Source: Tubiluchus corallicola (Eukaryota; Animalia; Priapulida). Taken from it: 64,000 nucleotides of DNA. The stretch covers positions 62,001 through 126,000 of the forward strand of contig JAQGDQ010000207.1 of assembly GCA_030141605.1 (NCBI GenBank), given 5' to 3'. Shown here piece after piece: positions 1 through 26,800 of the stretch; position 1 is the first letter of the stretch; each line of letters opens with the position of its first letter. The translations under genes were made by a program, and so were the position numbers. The notes beneath the pieces are model-generated. The model saw only the letters and a list, made by a program, of their open reading frames with translations, searched no databases and had not been told where the DNA came from.

Positions 1-760
1 AAATCCACTTATAATCAATAATACGCGAACATCCGACACAGTCTTCATTTATAATGCAAAGCCAGCAGCAGCAGCTTTTACTGAATTAAAGCTATAAGGT
101 TATAGGCAGAGTATAATGGATGACGTCAGAACAATGGCTTTGCGTCAGCAGTTTTCCAAGCAAAAATTGCCAAAAATGGAACATCTAATTAACTCGTCGG
201 TACTCCTTTTAGTGGATGTGTACTAAAATATAGCCCACATCATAGTGTAGCGCTGTTCTTCCTCTTTCTAAAGAGCCATATATTTCCTTCCGAGAGTCCC
301 ACCAGGCGCCGCTAGAACGGTTTTTCCGTATGCCGTTTGGTCAAAATTTCGAAAAAATCGTGAGTTGTGTCCGGGAAAACGGGTGAATTCTAAATATGCC
401 TACTACACCCACCGCTGAACGGGCTATTTATCCATAGCCAGCACCACCCATGGCCCATTCCTGTTCTTCAGATCTCAGACGTATAAGTTTTGCAAAAACG
501 ACCGAAAAATGGCCATTTTTGGAGGTTTTTCGCCCCTCATTCCTCGCGGTGGGCCGATTTGAAAAATAAACCCCCAAAGGCACGACACTAGATCGAGACC
601 TTTCGTTTAATGTATAGATCGCCGCAAATGGTGCCGCCGTCGGAGCTGTAGCCTCGAATCTTATATATTAAGCCCATACCGGTAGAATTAATATATACGA
701 TCACAACCTGTTTTGACGAAACTATCCGTAGGGCTACTATACCTAGTGCAGGTATAATCA
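1..760. mobile_element. Possible Helentron/HINE (DINE-like) non-autonomous element, partial
   Basis: GC-richer non-coding block ending in a terminal hairpin TATACCT-AGTGC-AGGTATA (738-756), reminiscent of DINE-1/HINE 3' ends. Confidence 0.3.
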
Positions 761-1045
761 TATATTGTAAGTGAAGAGGCACACCACTTAAACGCACGGG
801 TCCGACTTGCATCTGAGTCATCTTGCGACCAATCTGCCGGGAACTGATCGCAAGTCGACAACAATTTGCACAACAATCTATCAAAAACTGTGCACAAAGA
901 ATGTAGCTAAACTGTGCTGACTGCATGACATTTGAAGCGCTTTAACAATGAATAACAAATACAATTAAAAGGTCGACTTATTCGAATTAAAAACAAAACT
1001 CATTCGATTCGATGTTCACTAATACAGACAGGTGAGTTCAAATAC

Positions 1046-3696
1046 CTGACTCTGGCGTCGGCAAGACTTTCAGTGATTTCACAGCTCCTTGACGGAGTGA
1101 CAAAACTTCATGCGCATCACCTGTTGACTAAAGAAAAAGCCAAAAGTCAGAAATTGTTTAGAAAAAAAACCAACAAAATCAAACTAATCTTTTTTGTGCT
1201 ACATACACAATTATTTATTAGCAGGGTGGGATTATGCCCATTTGGGGCCCCCTCAGATGAAGCCACCCTCGAACTTTTATCGACCACACCCAAATTTTTG
1301 AGCATTTCTTCCATTGATATATTTTTGCAACATGTACATAGCTTGAAGTAAACTTATTGCAAATTTTTTATATGAACTGGAATATCAATATTAAATATTC
1401 TTTAATAAATTAAACTATTTTAATGTTTATTGCAAGCCACATATTTCAACACAACCCTAGCAAACAAACAGGTTTTTTTTATAAAATGTTACCACAGTTT
1501 AAGGACCTAGGCTGCAGTTTATACTAGATTATAGGATATTCCTGTCTTGTTTGTTAGCTACTTATACAGAGAACATAAAGTAGATCCTATAGAAAAATTC
1601 CAGTGTAAAACTGTCTTACGACAAGGCACCAAACTTGAACGCCATTCGTGTAACCAATAACCAGAAGAAGTGGCGGTGACGCGCTGTCGGTCTGTCCTAG
1701 TCCCGGGCAAAGATTCAACTTTGGATCTGATTTAACAAACAAAATACAAAATCGTTTTATTCAAATTATCCCTACTGTTATTAGCTGCAATTGTCATTAG
1801 CAATAGCATTGCGGTAGCTTTCTAAATTAGCACAATTAGCAATCTCAATTTGAAGTGGTCGCAATAAATTTGCAACATTGTAGCTGCCCTTGATATGATC
1901 GTCACAAGTTTTAGCCATCTGAGAGGCATCACATTTTAGAAAAAATTCTCATTCTCCTCGGAAAATACTGTAGACACTTTCATATTCATGTAGAGGGCAC
2001 ATTTTATAACACACCACAGGCAGTTATAGAGTACAGCTTTTATATAGTGCGACAAAACAAACGGGTGCAAAGTATTACACTTGTAACAGGCAGTTTTACA
2101 GCCTGCATGAATATAAGCACTATGCAAATACATATAATTAATAGTGACTACGTAAAAAATAAGTTAATAACATTTCTAATACACCACAAGTAAATGTTTA
2201 ATCTTCTCATTACATAAACAACCATAAATTCACAATAGAGATGATTGGGACAGAACTATCAGCCTAGGGCGTAGTATCAAGACACGCCCCGCATTTACCT
2301 GTGATGTCAGCTTGCTCAAATTTTAACCAGGTGACCTTTTCTTTGTCTTCTGCCTTAGACTGAGTACCGCTGTAAGCCTAAATGATAATCGTGATGTAAT
2401 TTATAACAAAATATGACTTATATTCATACACTAGCATTTCAGTACACTCACTTCTCGGTTTGCCGGACGCCGTTTTTATAGATATTGGAAAAATTTGACA
2501 AAATCTGGACCGTTAAAGTCGAACATACTATCGACACATAAAGTCGACACAATCCGTTGTTTCACGACCTGATCGCTAGTTGGCAGGCCATCTCTTTTTT
2601 TTTACATCATTATGCGCATCAGTGCAACCACGCCTCGTGTAACGACACATTTGTGGCTTGTATGTCAGGAGCGGCTCGTACTAGACGTTGAGCCAATTAA
2701 GCGATTGATTCTACATTACCATGAGTCTAATACACGGCGCCTACTGTATTAGGTTAGTATCGGTAAATACGGAAAATCAGCAAAATCTCCGGCAAACCAA
2801 GATGTGAGTGTACTGCAATGCAAAAATTTATGATAACATGTAACTGTTGAAGTGCATTGTTAAATGTTCAAATTAACCTAGAACTAAATTCCTATGTAAA
2901 ATTACATGTTTATATATAAGTAATATTATCATCACATCATTGCCTTCAGTTCGAAGAAAATTTAAATGGTACTCAATTAGTTGCCAAGTCTAAAAGAGCA
3001 TCATTTAGTAATAAATTCTACCCTCTCATAAATTCTTAAGACCATTAATGTTTAAGATTCTTATGCACGCACCTGTGGAACTACCTCCTGAATGAAGCCA
3101 ACGACACTTTCCATAACTGATTTGTCACTGAAAAACAAAACAAAAACATCTTGCCAGTTTAGGCATACAAAATAATTTGCTAAGTTCACATTCTCAAGTT
3201 TCACGACCACACAGTCATAGTTAAAATGAGATTATTCTTTATCTAAGATAAATTCATTCATCAGTTATAACCTGCAAAGGTAAAAAATATGGATTTCTTT
3301 ACGATAAATTAATCGAAATGGAATTCGTTTTCGTTCAGAAATTAAATTAAAACTTGTCTTTTACTTTCAGGTACTGCACACTACAAAGTTCCATGAGGTA
3401 AATTTGCCAGACTTAATCATAACTACGTTTTGTGAATCAGTCATCTAACAATTTAGCAAAGGTTTGCTAGAACTATATTTACTAACTAGGTATCACGTAC
3501 ACGGACTACAAAACGTATATTTACCAATGCAAATATACAGATAAAATCTAATAAACTAACGGATAAAGCTAGGTTTATTTTATTTTTTAGACCTAGGTGA
3601 ACAAACAAATTAAGCAGCAAGCTGTTACCTTGCGGGTTGCGAGCGCACAAGCAGCCCACTACCCTTACAAGCTCGTCTCGGTGATTCTGATGCCAT
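1046..3696 (-). CDS. BCAS3: BCAS3 (WD40-repeat autophagy/microtubule-associated protein), first five coding exons; gene continues beyond the left edge
   Basis: Exons 3629-3696, 3073-3127, 2299-2377, 1620-1726 and 1046-1127 are GT-AG with consistent phases. They translate to MASESPRRACKGSGLLVRSQPASDKSVMESVVGFIQEVVPQAYSGTQSKAEDKEKVTWLKFEQADIT...PPLLLVIGYTNGVQVWCLVSTGDAHEVLSLRQGAVKSLKVLPTPES. This matches the BCAS3 N-terminus (MESVVTFLQDVVPQAYSG; PPLLIMIGYSDGMQVW). Absent from the ORF track. Confidence 0.93.
2445..2810. mobile_element. Tc1/mariner-pogo type MITE, family A, copy 1
   Basis: TIRs CACTCACTTCTCGGTTTGCCGGA / TCCGGCAAACCAAGATGTGAGTG, flanked by TA. Related copies at 23919 and 47304. 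Confidence 0.8.
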
Positions 3697-4759
3697 TTAA
3701 GACTAAAAGAATGAAGAAACGACAACTTTTCTTAATGACGTAGAAACAAAAACGTATCTTCTCTCCCTGACATCTTTGTTTTGAATGCTCTTCTGTTAGA
3801 CACATACTGTACAATAATTGAACGCGCGCCATCTAGTGCATGATAGTAGTATATTATAAAATTCTTTAACACCTGCTGAGTTTTGCACCCGAGTATAGCT
3901 ACTATAAAAATTAATTAAGCCATACGGATTCTTTTTGCTAATAATTTTCCTGTCTGGTCAAAACGTTGAGTAAATGTTCATGTGTGACCGTCATAAATTA
4001 GTAAATATTATTGACTTACTTGTGCACAGATATAATTATTTTGTCATCATTAATTATTATGATCCTTGGGTCCTGCCTGTACGGTACAGAAACTACTCTA
4101 TTTAAAAAAAAAAAGATTAACACATTGCCTGGAATAACAAGGCCGATATATAGGAAAAATTAGAAAGTACTTTGTTGGAGCCCGATTGCCTCAATTGTTT
4201 TCTGGTACAATGAAAACCACTTAAGCATGTATGAAAGTATACTTGCCAGTACAAGCATTACTTAACGCTGATATTGTTCAATCATTTTTAACTATGCAAC
4301 GAAGCTCCATCCACACATCGGACTTTTGAATTGTTCACTACAGTAATATTAAAACGAGAAACTAGGTATTATAGAGATGACTATATAGCTATCAATAAAA
4401 GAAACAAGAAATTGGAACTGTTTACTTCAAAAAAATTATCATTACTACATAACTTTAAATACAAATCTAGGAATATTTTATCATTACTACATAACAAAAT
4501 AGTATCTTCATTTTTCAACCAAAACATAAATTACATAATACTTTTGTCAGCAGTAAACTGCAGTTGCAGTAATTATGTTCAACTTAATCGTCGTCACAAC
4601 ATCATCGTACTAACATGTGACATTCAAGTATTCCTCATCAACATGCTGAATTTCTACCTTTTGCACCTTGCCCTCACTCTACAAGTGTGTGTGTATGTGT
4701 GTGTGCGTGCGTGCGTGAGCAAATGTGTGAGAGTGAGTGCAAGAGAGATCATTTAATGC

Positions 4760-4975
4760 ACTTCTGTTTTGTTTCTTAAATTTTAAATTTACCATTAATC
4801 TGGGCAGCACCAACACAAGATTTTCTTCCTGATGTTGTCCAGAGGCCAACCGGTAGTCTCAATAAAAATTATATATTAATGTTTTTTCCTTGTAAAATTT
4901 GTATTAATTTAATGTTATTTGTGAGAATTATCATTGTATGCTCATGGTAAATCTAGCAATAAATTCTAATTCTAA
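4760..4975 (+). repeat. Interspersed repeat (retroelement 3' end); second copy at about 63850-64000
   Basis: TTCTGTTTTGTTTCTTAAATTT...TCTGGGC.GCACC...ACACAAGATTTTCTTC.TG.TGT.GTCCAGAGGC is shared with 63850-64000. Ends AATAAA(TTCTAA)n. Confidence 0.6.
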
Positions 4976-5185
4976 CTTTTTACAAAAAATAAAAATAGCA
5001 TGAAGTGACATGACAAGTATCACTAGTCAAACGAAGCATTACAAAATTTGAGAAGTCGTTTGTAAATGCGCAAATACAAATTTAATTTTATGATGACCAA
5101 TCTTTGCATTTTTTAATAATGTGATTCTAAAAAGTGAATAAGGCCTCAATCACAGCTTGAAATAAATAAAAGCCAAAACGCGCAG

Positions 5186-17238
<12,053 letters not shown>

Positions 17239-20062
17239 CGAGCCAGATTATAAACTTGTAAACTTTCGGTGCTGAATTTACGAGGCTGTTTAACCAGACC
17301 GCCAATGACGGTGTACAGCGCACGACGTCACCATGACAGCAATAAAGTTTACTGACCTCTTCTAGATGGTATTCCCACATACAACACCTGGATAGTTCTT
17401 GATACCTCCAGCCCGGCATACTTAACAAGCCTGACAATACGTCGCATTTGCTTTTATATTTTATAACCATCAACCTAAACAAGAATTTTGGAATTTATTA
17501 AACTACAAAAGTACAAAGAATCATAGAAGATTATTTGAATTTAGGCTATTAACAGAAAGCGCTATAAAATTTCTAGATTATTAAATTTTGGGTTAAATAT
17601 ATTAAATAAATAAATAAAATATATAAAATTAAATAAATATAAATTAAATATATATATATTCAATATACATATATATATATATAAATGTATATATTCTACT
17701 AAATGTATATATTCTACTATATATATATATATATACTATATATATATATATATATATGGACACAGCAATGACCAATAGTGAAAATTTTCCCTGCGCTCAG
17801 TTGCTGTTCAAATACCATACTCAGAATGGATCAAATTTATCTTCATGTGACAAACTATTTAAGACAAGAGTAATTAGTCAACCCCGAATAACGTACATAT
17901 CAATATTCAAGTCTAAATTAAAAAAACATTTAATGACACGTTTTGAATATCCGACATACGAACACGATGACACCTACTCAAATCATAATTTCATTTTTCC
18001 TAGACCGTACTAAACTAGTTTATATTTTATTTTTTGAATTTCTAGTTGCACTTATAGTTTAGCTTGCACCAGGCGCATTTGCCCAGAACAGTGTTTTTTT
18101 TTATATGAACTAACACTGATTGTCTGTCTTATATTATGATGGTCAATGTTTTAAAATGGCAAATAAAGATTTTACTACTACTACTACTACATCGTACATC
18201 TGTTAACGCGCAGCAACATTGTACTATTGTAAACATTGTTTGAAAAAACAAAATTGTTACACATGCATTATAATTACAAAGACTAATAATACACTTACGT
18301 GAACAGAATAGATAGAAGACCACAAAGTGTTGTGGCAGTAGCGGTCAAGGTAAGCACTGCAAGCCACCAATGGATAAATACTGTTGTGTACATTGTATAA
18401 TGTAAATATAAATTAAGAAGGTGAGAAGTTCAAACTGATAGTACTATCTCAGTACTACGGACTACGCAATAAATTTGTAGTGTCACTGGATTGAGATGCG
18501 TTCTAAAGTCCAATTAACAATCAGGATAGCTACCGAGTGTTTTCAAGGTTATATGTGCGCTTGCATAGCAAAATCGTCCATAAGTCGGCAGTTAACATTT
18601 TCTAGTTATTCAATACCCCGAATCTCCATTTCATGAGGATCATTTTGATACCAGGTTCATCGCTCTATGTTATTTTTACGCTGAGGTAATCCACACTGAA
18701 GTTGTAGTGTAGCCTATGTGGTGTAGTGAAAAAACATAACTTTGAGAAAATCACTGTTAAAATTAGTCATTGTTTTTTGTGGCGTTTCTACAAAACACTT
18801 AGCAACCGTAGAAAAGTTGGCTGCTATGGACTTTGCAAGAACACATTGTCGTCATAGTTAAATCCAGTATGATTGCTGATGAGGATGTGGACATAGCAAA
18901 AAAACCCTAAATGATAGCTTCCAATAGGTTCCATTGGATTTGAAAATACAAGTTTTTTTTACAATTGCAGTGCTAGAAAGTGGGTATGGGGTTACAAAAT
19001 TAGATTTTTAGTTTTTCTTGAACATTTTCCAAGATCAGTTAATGCTAGAATATAAAAGTCCAATATATTCAGCATTTGTTTTTATAAAAAAACAAGAACT
19101 GACATTCAACCAAACTTCTGGTGTATTCTACTTTGAGGCTTACTAACATAGTTTTAACTATGCCGACTTACGGATGATTTTGGTTTGCAAGCACGCATAT
19201 AAAGAACATAAAGACTTCTTGTTGTTCCAGACACACAGACCAGTTGCTCTAATTACAAAATACTATGTTATTATTTACAAATATTTACAGATAAAAACTG
19301 AACACTATCTTCACATTAAATATGAAAAAATCTATGAGACATCATCAATACACAGTTAATGAATGAAGTTATACTGCATGTAGACTGCAATGTTTGGTCC
19401 AGTAGTTGACTGCCGTAAATAAGTTTTATAAAATCAACCTTCACTAGAGTACAAACAAAACGTTTTTGCACTTCGTTACCACAATTAGAAACAGCTGGGT
19501 TCAAGACCAAGGTGGTGGTTACTTCCATTTCATTGAACAGATGTAGAAAAAAGGAAAATTTGGCTTATCAATTTCGCCTCGTATTGATACGAGTAATTTC
19601 ACTTTTACTTGTACAGCACTAGTTAAATAAGTCTAGATTTCTAAGTCAATCGAACGCAAATAATTCCACTTTAAAATTCAAAATCTTTCTTGCTATTCAG
19701 TATTTTTGCTTTCATAAATAGTAAATCAGCACCATTAAAACTCCGATACGTGTCTATATAACTGAGTCAGCCGTTACTATGAGCATTTTTAAATCAAAAA
19801 ATAGTATACGCCCCTAGCACAGTTTTAAGTAATGTTTGCACTGCTTACGGCCTACTCTGCTTGCGTACTATGATGTAGAGAGGTGAATGTACAACTTTTT
19901 TATCAGACTGATTTTTGTTATATAACAAAATTTGTAAATTACATGATTAGTACATTAGTAATCCAACTTTCGTTGGTGAATTTTAGAACATCAGTTAAGA
20001 ATACCTGCGCGAAGGTTCTGGGTTCAAATCGTGATTGGCTCACAATTTTTCAGTGCTTCTTT

Positions 20063-20524
20063 TAGTGATGGGAATCGATACAAAAGGATTTGCGATACGT
20101 TTTCGATAAATGATAAGGAGTTGTGATATAATTTCGATAAACGATAAGGACTTGTGATACGAATTTGATTTCGATAAGTATTTCACAAAGTTATTGTTTT
20201 ACAAGCATTGTACACACTGTACTACACGGTGCAAACCGTGAAGCATCATTTTATGTAATAAATGCTACCAGGTTTTGAAGTTAACGACACAATAATATAA
20301 ACTGTTGTTCTCAATATGTTTAGTATTGCTAGGGCACGCAAATTGCGAAAATGACACATCGATTTTGATATCGATACTCCAACTGTATCAATTTTCTGTT
20401 CTGATAATGATTTATTTTGTGGAATCGAAAATGGATAAAAAAAATCGATTTTGTTTTATATTGATTACAAAACAGAAAAAAACGCATTTTTCGTTGATAA
20501 AACGATGATCGATTCACATCACTA
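20063..20524. mobile_element. hAT-like MITE
   Basis: TIRs TAGTGATGGGAATCGAT / ATCGATTCACATCACTA. Imperfect 8-bp flanks GCTTCTTT / GCCTTTTT. Internal CGATA sub-repeats. Confidence 0.65.
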
Positions 20525-20859
20525 GCCTTTTTCCTTCCAATTAGTAGTTGTTATTTTAATTGTTGCAAAGAACGATAAATTTTTGCTAATTGTGACAAAT
20601 ATCATGTTTGAAGGAAAAAATTTAGAAATTCATTTTTACCATTTGTCCGGGAAACACCACCGCTATCATTTCCCTTCATCAATTAACAATAACACATTCT
20701 ACAATTAACAACATTGTACTGGTTAGTGTTCCAATGAAGAACACATGACCCACTAAAATACACAATAAATATCCAATAAAATAATTAGCCAGCACACAGA
20801 CGGGCATAAATTAGATAAATAGTACGCGGAGAGAATCAAGTTTTTTCACTCGAGTGCGG

Positions 20860-23800
20860 CTAATTTGTGCGACGTCGTATAGAGTATTTTCCCTTGGAGA
20901 GTTGGGATAGAAACACCTTCATCTTGCTGCTGTCTGTCAGCTTCTTCACCCACAGCTAGATAGGAAAGAAAAATCGAGAAATTTGACTTTCATGGTGCAT
21001 ATAACATTAATATAATCACAGAACATACTCTTGTCATGTGAGATTTCATATATAACATAAATACAATCATAGAACATACTCTTGTCATTTGAGATTTCAT
21101 ATGTAACATAAATACAATCACAGAACATACTCTTCTCATGTGAGATTCCAAATCTAATCATGAGCGAAACAAACAATAATAAACTGAACACTAAGCAAGG
21201 TGATTTATTCAGTAGGACACGAGTCGCTTACTGGCAAACTTCAGATAATTGAGCATACTATTAATGGTTTGCTCCACGCGCTCTCGTTTCGCAATAAGAA
21301 ATAATATAATATGCTAGTTTGTCATTTTATGCAAAGGAATTCTGCCTGCAACCCGTTCCTATAGCAACCAGACCGCATAATAAATGATAGTGCTCTGGTA
21401 TGACAAAATTTCCAAGTTCGCTTCATGCGGCGCTTGGCTTTGACTCTGCAGTGTTTATTGTTTAATGTCTGCGTGGGCTTAAATCTTAATGAAAGAGAAA
21501 CTGCCAGCTACGTACATATTGGCAAGAAAGACGGGTGCTTTCAAGCAAGCAGAAAGAAATTAATTAGTAGAAACCATAAAAAACCATAAAACATTTAATT
21601 CATGATTTAAGCAGCATTGATTTTTGCCTCTGGAACGTGTCTCAATTCTTTTATATTACTTCCTATGGAAGTTTTGGTTTCGTTTAACACCGTGTTCTGC
21701 TGGAACACATTAGCGTCGTTAAGCGCGAACTTACTGTACAGTTTTCGTAAATTTACAATACTGCGCAATAGTGCCTGTCTAACTCCATGTTGTAAATTTA
21801 GATACACAATGTTACCTCATTTGTGCCAATGCCACTAATGACAGCACTAATTTTGCCAATATCTTTTCCTTCCAAGAAGATAGCGTTTCCACGGTGATAC
21901 CTGTTAAAGTAAATGTAATATAAGTGACAGAAGTACATTAAAGGAACACTGGATGATTTTTCATATACAAGCCCATTTTCAAGTCCAATAAAAAGTATAC
22001 ATTTTAATGCAACTAGTACTGCAAAAGCATTTAAAAACTTGATTAACAGAGGGTGAGCCCAGCTATTGACGACATCACAAACTAACATAATTTTCAACAT
22101 CAAAAATATTCCACGAACGTCTTGCACATGTTAAGCGAAAGCGAAAATTGAAGTACAGTGCGTTGTACTAAAGCTAGACAAGTTTTAAGATAAAAATTCA
22201 AATTTACCACTGTACTCACGCAAGAGCTGTCGAACGTATGCAGTTCGTCATAAACTAACATATCTGAACTGAGAGGTACAACACCTGTTTTTTGTGCAAC
22301 ACATTCCGAAATGCAGGCGATAGTGCCTGTCTAACTAACAAATGGCAAAATGCAATGACGAAGAACTAGTGGCTCAAATGTGAAATTGTGTTTGTGTGGT
22401 AACGATTCTTTCACGTAAGTCACTTTTGAAAAAATAGCACTTTTTCATTCAAAACTTTAAAGAGAGTTTGTTTTGACCTGCAATTTAAGATTGGGTCCGG
22501 TTTTGCTTTAAGATTAATTCTCATGCCGTAATACTAGAGAAAAACTGTTGTTACCATTTTTGGTGGTTTAATATTGTTTTTGTACATATAGATAATCAGG
22601 GTGCATCGGATCCAGTTTTGTCGGATCAGGTTCAGCATGTGCTGGACCTGCTTCTGGTTGCTGATCTAACATATTAATGCAAATGATATTTCATTTTATT
22701 AGCCTTTTGTTCATGTGATGGTATCGTTTGTCCAATTTTAGGGTCACGGAGTAATTATAAATGGAAACACTGCAAACGTTGGTATGTACTCTCATTTTGA
22801 TCACTTGATCCGCCCCTTGGTTTGAAATAAACAATGCTATGCTTTTATTGGAAGTAGACGATTCTGAATTTTTAGCAAACATTTTTGTGATAATAGCACT
22901 ATCCTTGCAAGCTCCTTGCTGCACGGAATTGCAGTCGGAAGATTACTGGTATCATTTGCGATACTTTTGAAAATTTCTCAAGATTTTAATTCTTCAAATT
23001 CTCTAAAAAAATTAAGATTATTCAGGGAATTAAATTGCTATGTGTATATTTTCTTACCAGCTCTAATTTTTTTCGCAATAGGTGCACGTTTGTTAGTTTT
23101 ATGCTTCAAAAAATAGATATACAATCAGTGCAAGATCCAGCGAATATTTTTTGCCGGATCGAAATCGTATCCGGATCCTGTAAAATTATCGGATCTCAGG
23201 ATCCGGAAGCGATAGAATTAGAATTAGAATTAGTTTATTCACCGTAATGATTTCACATAACATAAGTAGGCAACAATAACTATATAATTAACGAAATTAA
23301 AATTTAACTACAAAACAGAAAAAATCATATACAGAGGGCAAATTTATTTACCGAATCAACAAAAATATCGCGTTTTAATGTAGGGGCACAATAGTTCTTC
23401 ACTCATACGTCTTAACACATCTCCAACAATATTTCATTAACGACGTTAAATTTGGGGAGTGCTTGAAGGTTACAAATGCTAGAAAAGTTCAACTCAGAAT
23501 GTTCAATTCGTAAATCTTCTGTCACCGGACATCTCAATAAGACGTGGGCTTCTGTTTGAACTTCTTCCCCACATGTACATAATCTGTCTTCTCTCGGTAT
23601 TCTGGACCAACGTCCGGATACATCCCTACAAATAATACGTACCATTTTTTCTCATAGTATAATTTTCCATCTTCAATTTTGATGTCTGATTGGGAATCAT
23701 TTGAATCTGAAAAGTGAAAATGCATTGTAGGCTAATGTACTAATGTAATGTATCTGTGTGTATTTACCCGTCAAAAGGTAGCTTCTCTGTTAATACAAAT

Positions 23801-26800
23801 ATAAACTATTCATCCACTTTCATTAGCAATTACATAAACAAGATAAGAAAATGCAGAAATGAATTCATTCATGCAGTAGGCTGCAGCTGCAAGGCTCCAC
23901 ATATCATATAACCAAGTACACTCATATCTTAGTTTGCCGGACCTCGCTTTTATGGCTATCAGAAATTTTGGACACAGTCTGGTCCCTTAAAAGTCCCGCC
24001 TACTATGGACACAGCCCGTTATCCCGCGAGTTGATAGCTAGTTCGCAGGCCATCACTTTTACATCCAAGCAGCGTGTAACGTCACGTGTGTAGCTTGCAT
24101 TCGAGCGTGTTTAAGTTGTTTAATCAGCACGTGTAAGTTTAAAGTCATTTATGTGAAGTTATTTGAGTCAATTGCTGACAGTTTTTGCAATTGAGACTTT
24201 TGCAAAGAAACCGAGACAATTAGGTGATTACCATGAGTCTAATACATAATGCCCACTACATTAGCTTGGTATCGGTAAATGCGGACAATCGTCAAAACCA
24301 AAATCTTTCAGCTTTTGTCCGACAAAACGAGATATGAATGTATAGCCCATCAAATCTAATCCAAGATTTGAAATTTCATTAGATTTTTATTCATTAATAG
24401 TATAAAAAAAGAAATTTTATTGACGCAGCTTAAAGGTTAGCAAATCGACAACAATGCGTTTGATAAAGTTACATTATCAAGTATTTTTATACAGCGTACT
24501 TTTTTTGGCTGTCGTAGATGACACGTTCTTTCCTTTGTTGATAACCTTTAGATCTTCTAGAACATCGGAGTCGTTTAGAAGCAGGTTCAGCTGGTTAACT
24601 CCGTTATTTTTACGAATTTTGTTGGTCAGCGGAGGTGGATCGTGCGGCCGTCTACGTAGTTTCCGTGTGTTCACTGGTTTCACTTCCATTGAATCTGTCG
24701 TTTAAAAGACAAAACACATAGCAAAATATGTTACAGTCATTCCTTAATCTGTTTTATTTATGAATGATTTCACAGACGAATGAAGAAGAAGAGAGTAGTA
24801 TAGAATTTCAAGTTTGACGGAGTGGCTTACATTAAAAAAAATCATCGATTTTACTCAAATACATTCAAATGTGGTTTGGTATTTTCGTTGATTGGTCCTG
24901 GAGGCTCCAAAACTTTACAGTGGTTAGCACTAAAGATGTGCCATATTGCCATGAAAAGCATGTCACAAACTGTTACATAAACAAAATTTTCGCTTTATTT
25001 GAACTATTTTAGGAAAGATTTATCAGCGGTTTTTGACATCAAGGAGAAAAGAAAAGGTAACTTAGATAAATATAGTAAAACCTCTGGAAAATGCTACTGC
25101 AAATTATCTGAAATCTCTGCTACGAAACTTAAGAAATTTTGCCGAAACCGAAACTTAACCGAAAGTGCAATTATCGGTAAACCGAACTGAAAATTTCGTT
25201 TTGGTGACATCCCTGGTGCCAGGAAAGCTCACCTCCGGTTAACTCCATAGTCTGTCGCTCAGACTCGACGATCTTTTTCTTCTCTTCTAGTTCAGCAATG
25301 AGATTCACTCTCAGTTCCACTTTCTTTTCATCAAATTCTTTCACAGCTGCCTTCTTTTCGTTGATGTATTCCTTTTCTATGGCGCCAAGCTGCAACGAAT
25401 TGCACAGGTGTTTCATTAACAATCCGCTTCACGCAAAAAATATTCTGGCATTTTTTGGCTAAGGCGACCATTTGCATTTCAGTGGAGCATGCCGCGTGGG
25501 AACAGTTGGACGAGCCACCAGTTAAAAAAGTGTAACTAATTAGCATTGTTAATTACTGATTAATCAACATTAAAGAAAATTATGGAAACATTACAGATTA
25601 AACCCACAAAGTTACCGGATTTATAAAAAACAATAACAAATGTTTATTCATCTTCATAGCCTTCACTGCAAACCTGGCAGCAAGTTGCCTAAAATCGATA
25701 AAAATTTAGCAAGACTGCTCACTTCGCTATGAAATAAGTAGTACAAAAAAACAGCTTAAACGGTCAAAACTCAGCGGCGGAATTGAAATGCTTAAAGGAA
25801 GACAGGATGATTTTTCATATACGACCCCATCTTCAAGTCTAATAAATAGTATACGTTTTAACACTATTAATACTACGAAACTGCCAAAATAAAGAAAAAA
25901 TTTACCAGCATTTAGAAGTCACACAAAAGTCACATAAAAAAACATTACCCGGGCGATTAGATGGAAATAGAAGTATTTTTACCGTCTGCCTAATTATAAT
26001 GAATGTAATAGAAAGACTCTTTATATATATCGCATGAGTTTCATTAGAAAGTGATCACAATAATTTTCCAGTCTGCTCAGTGCTCAATAGTTCAGCAGAG
26101 TGAAAACTGAAATGACTTTAATAAACCTGCTAAACTAATGTCTGTTGTTAGTTTTACGATTTGTATATTACCGCATAAGTGTGAAACACCTCCGCTAAAC
26201 GAATTCTCTCCCTGTTCTGCACGTCGAGCCGTTTTAGCCTCCGGTTGTATTCCGTATGAGTGCCCTCCTTGAGCTGCCTCAACTGACGCTTCAATGAAGC
26301 CAGTTTGTCTTGGTACATCCTGAATTAAAAAACACCGATATTTAGGATCTGAAGTGTACAAGTGGATGTAAACTAAACTAGATTAGATGGCTTGTAATTA
26401 TGAACGATGAACTATGAATTATGAATTTTATTTCACACATCAAAAAATACAATATCAAACACATTAGTAAACTATAAATAAAATAATTTAAGTAGTGCAA
26501 GGTGAGTGTACAACCATACGGTCATTAACACACTCACCTTACTTAAATGGAAAAATGATTATAGTTATGCATGCTTCTGTAGATAACTTAATGTAAATAA
26601 GGATGAAGTAAATGATGTAATAATAGCAATGGTATAAGAGCAATAAACCTGAAAGTTGAGAAAGGAAAACATAACATGTAATTACGACTTTGAGTGAGCC
26701 TTAAAGAGTGAAATTTTTTTTAAATTAGTTACGATAATTAAATAATTGACAGCAAGATCATCCAAATTGTATCATGAAGTAAATACATATAACACAGACC

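Noticed and set aside
4331-4756. 141-aa plus-strand ORF
   Set aside because: It starts at TTG, is low-complexity AT-rich sequence ending in a GT microsatellite, and has no recognisable domain.
18870-18910. CTGATGA hammerhead ribozyme core
   Set aside because: There is no properly placed GAAA and no flanking stems. The same applies to the other CTGATGA hits I looked at.
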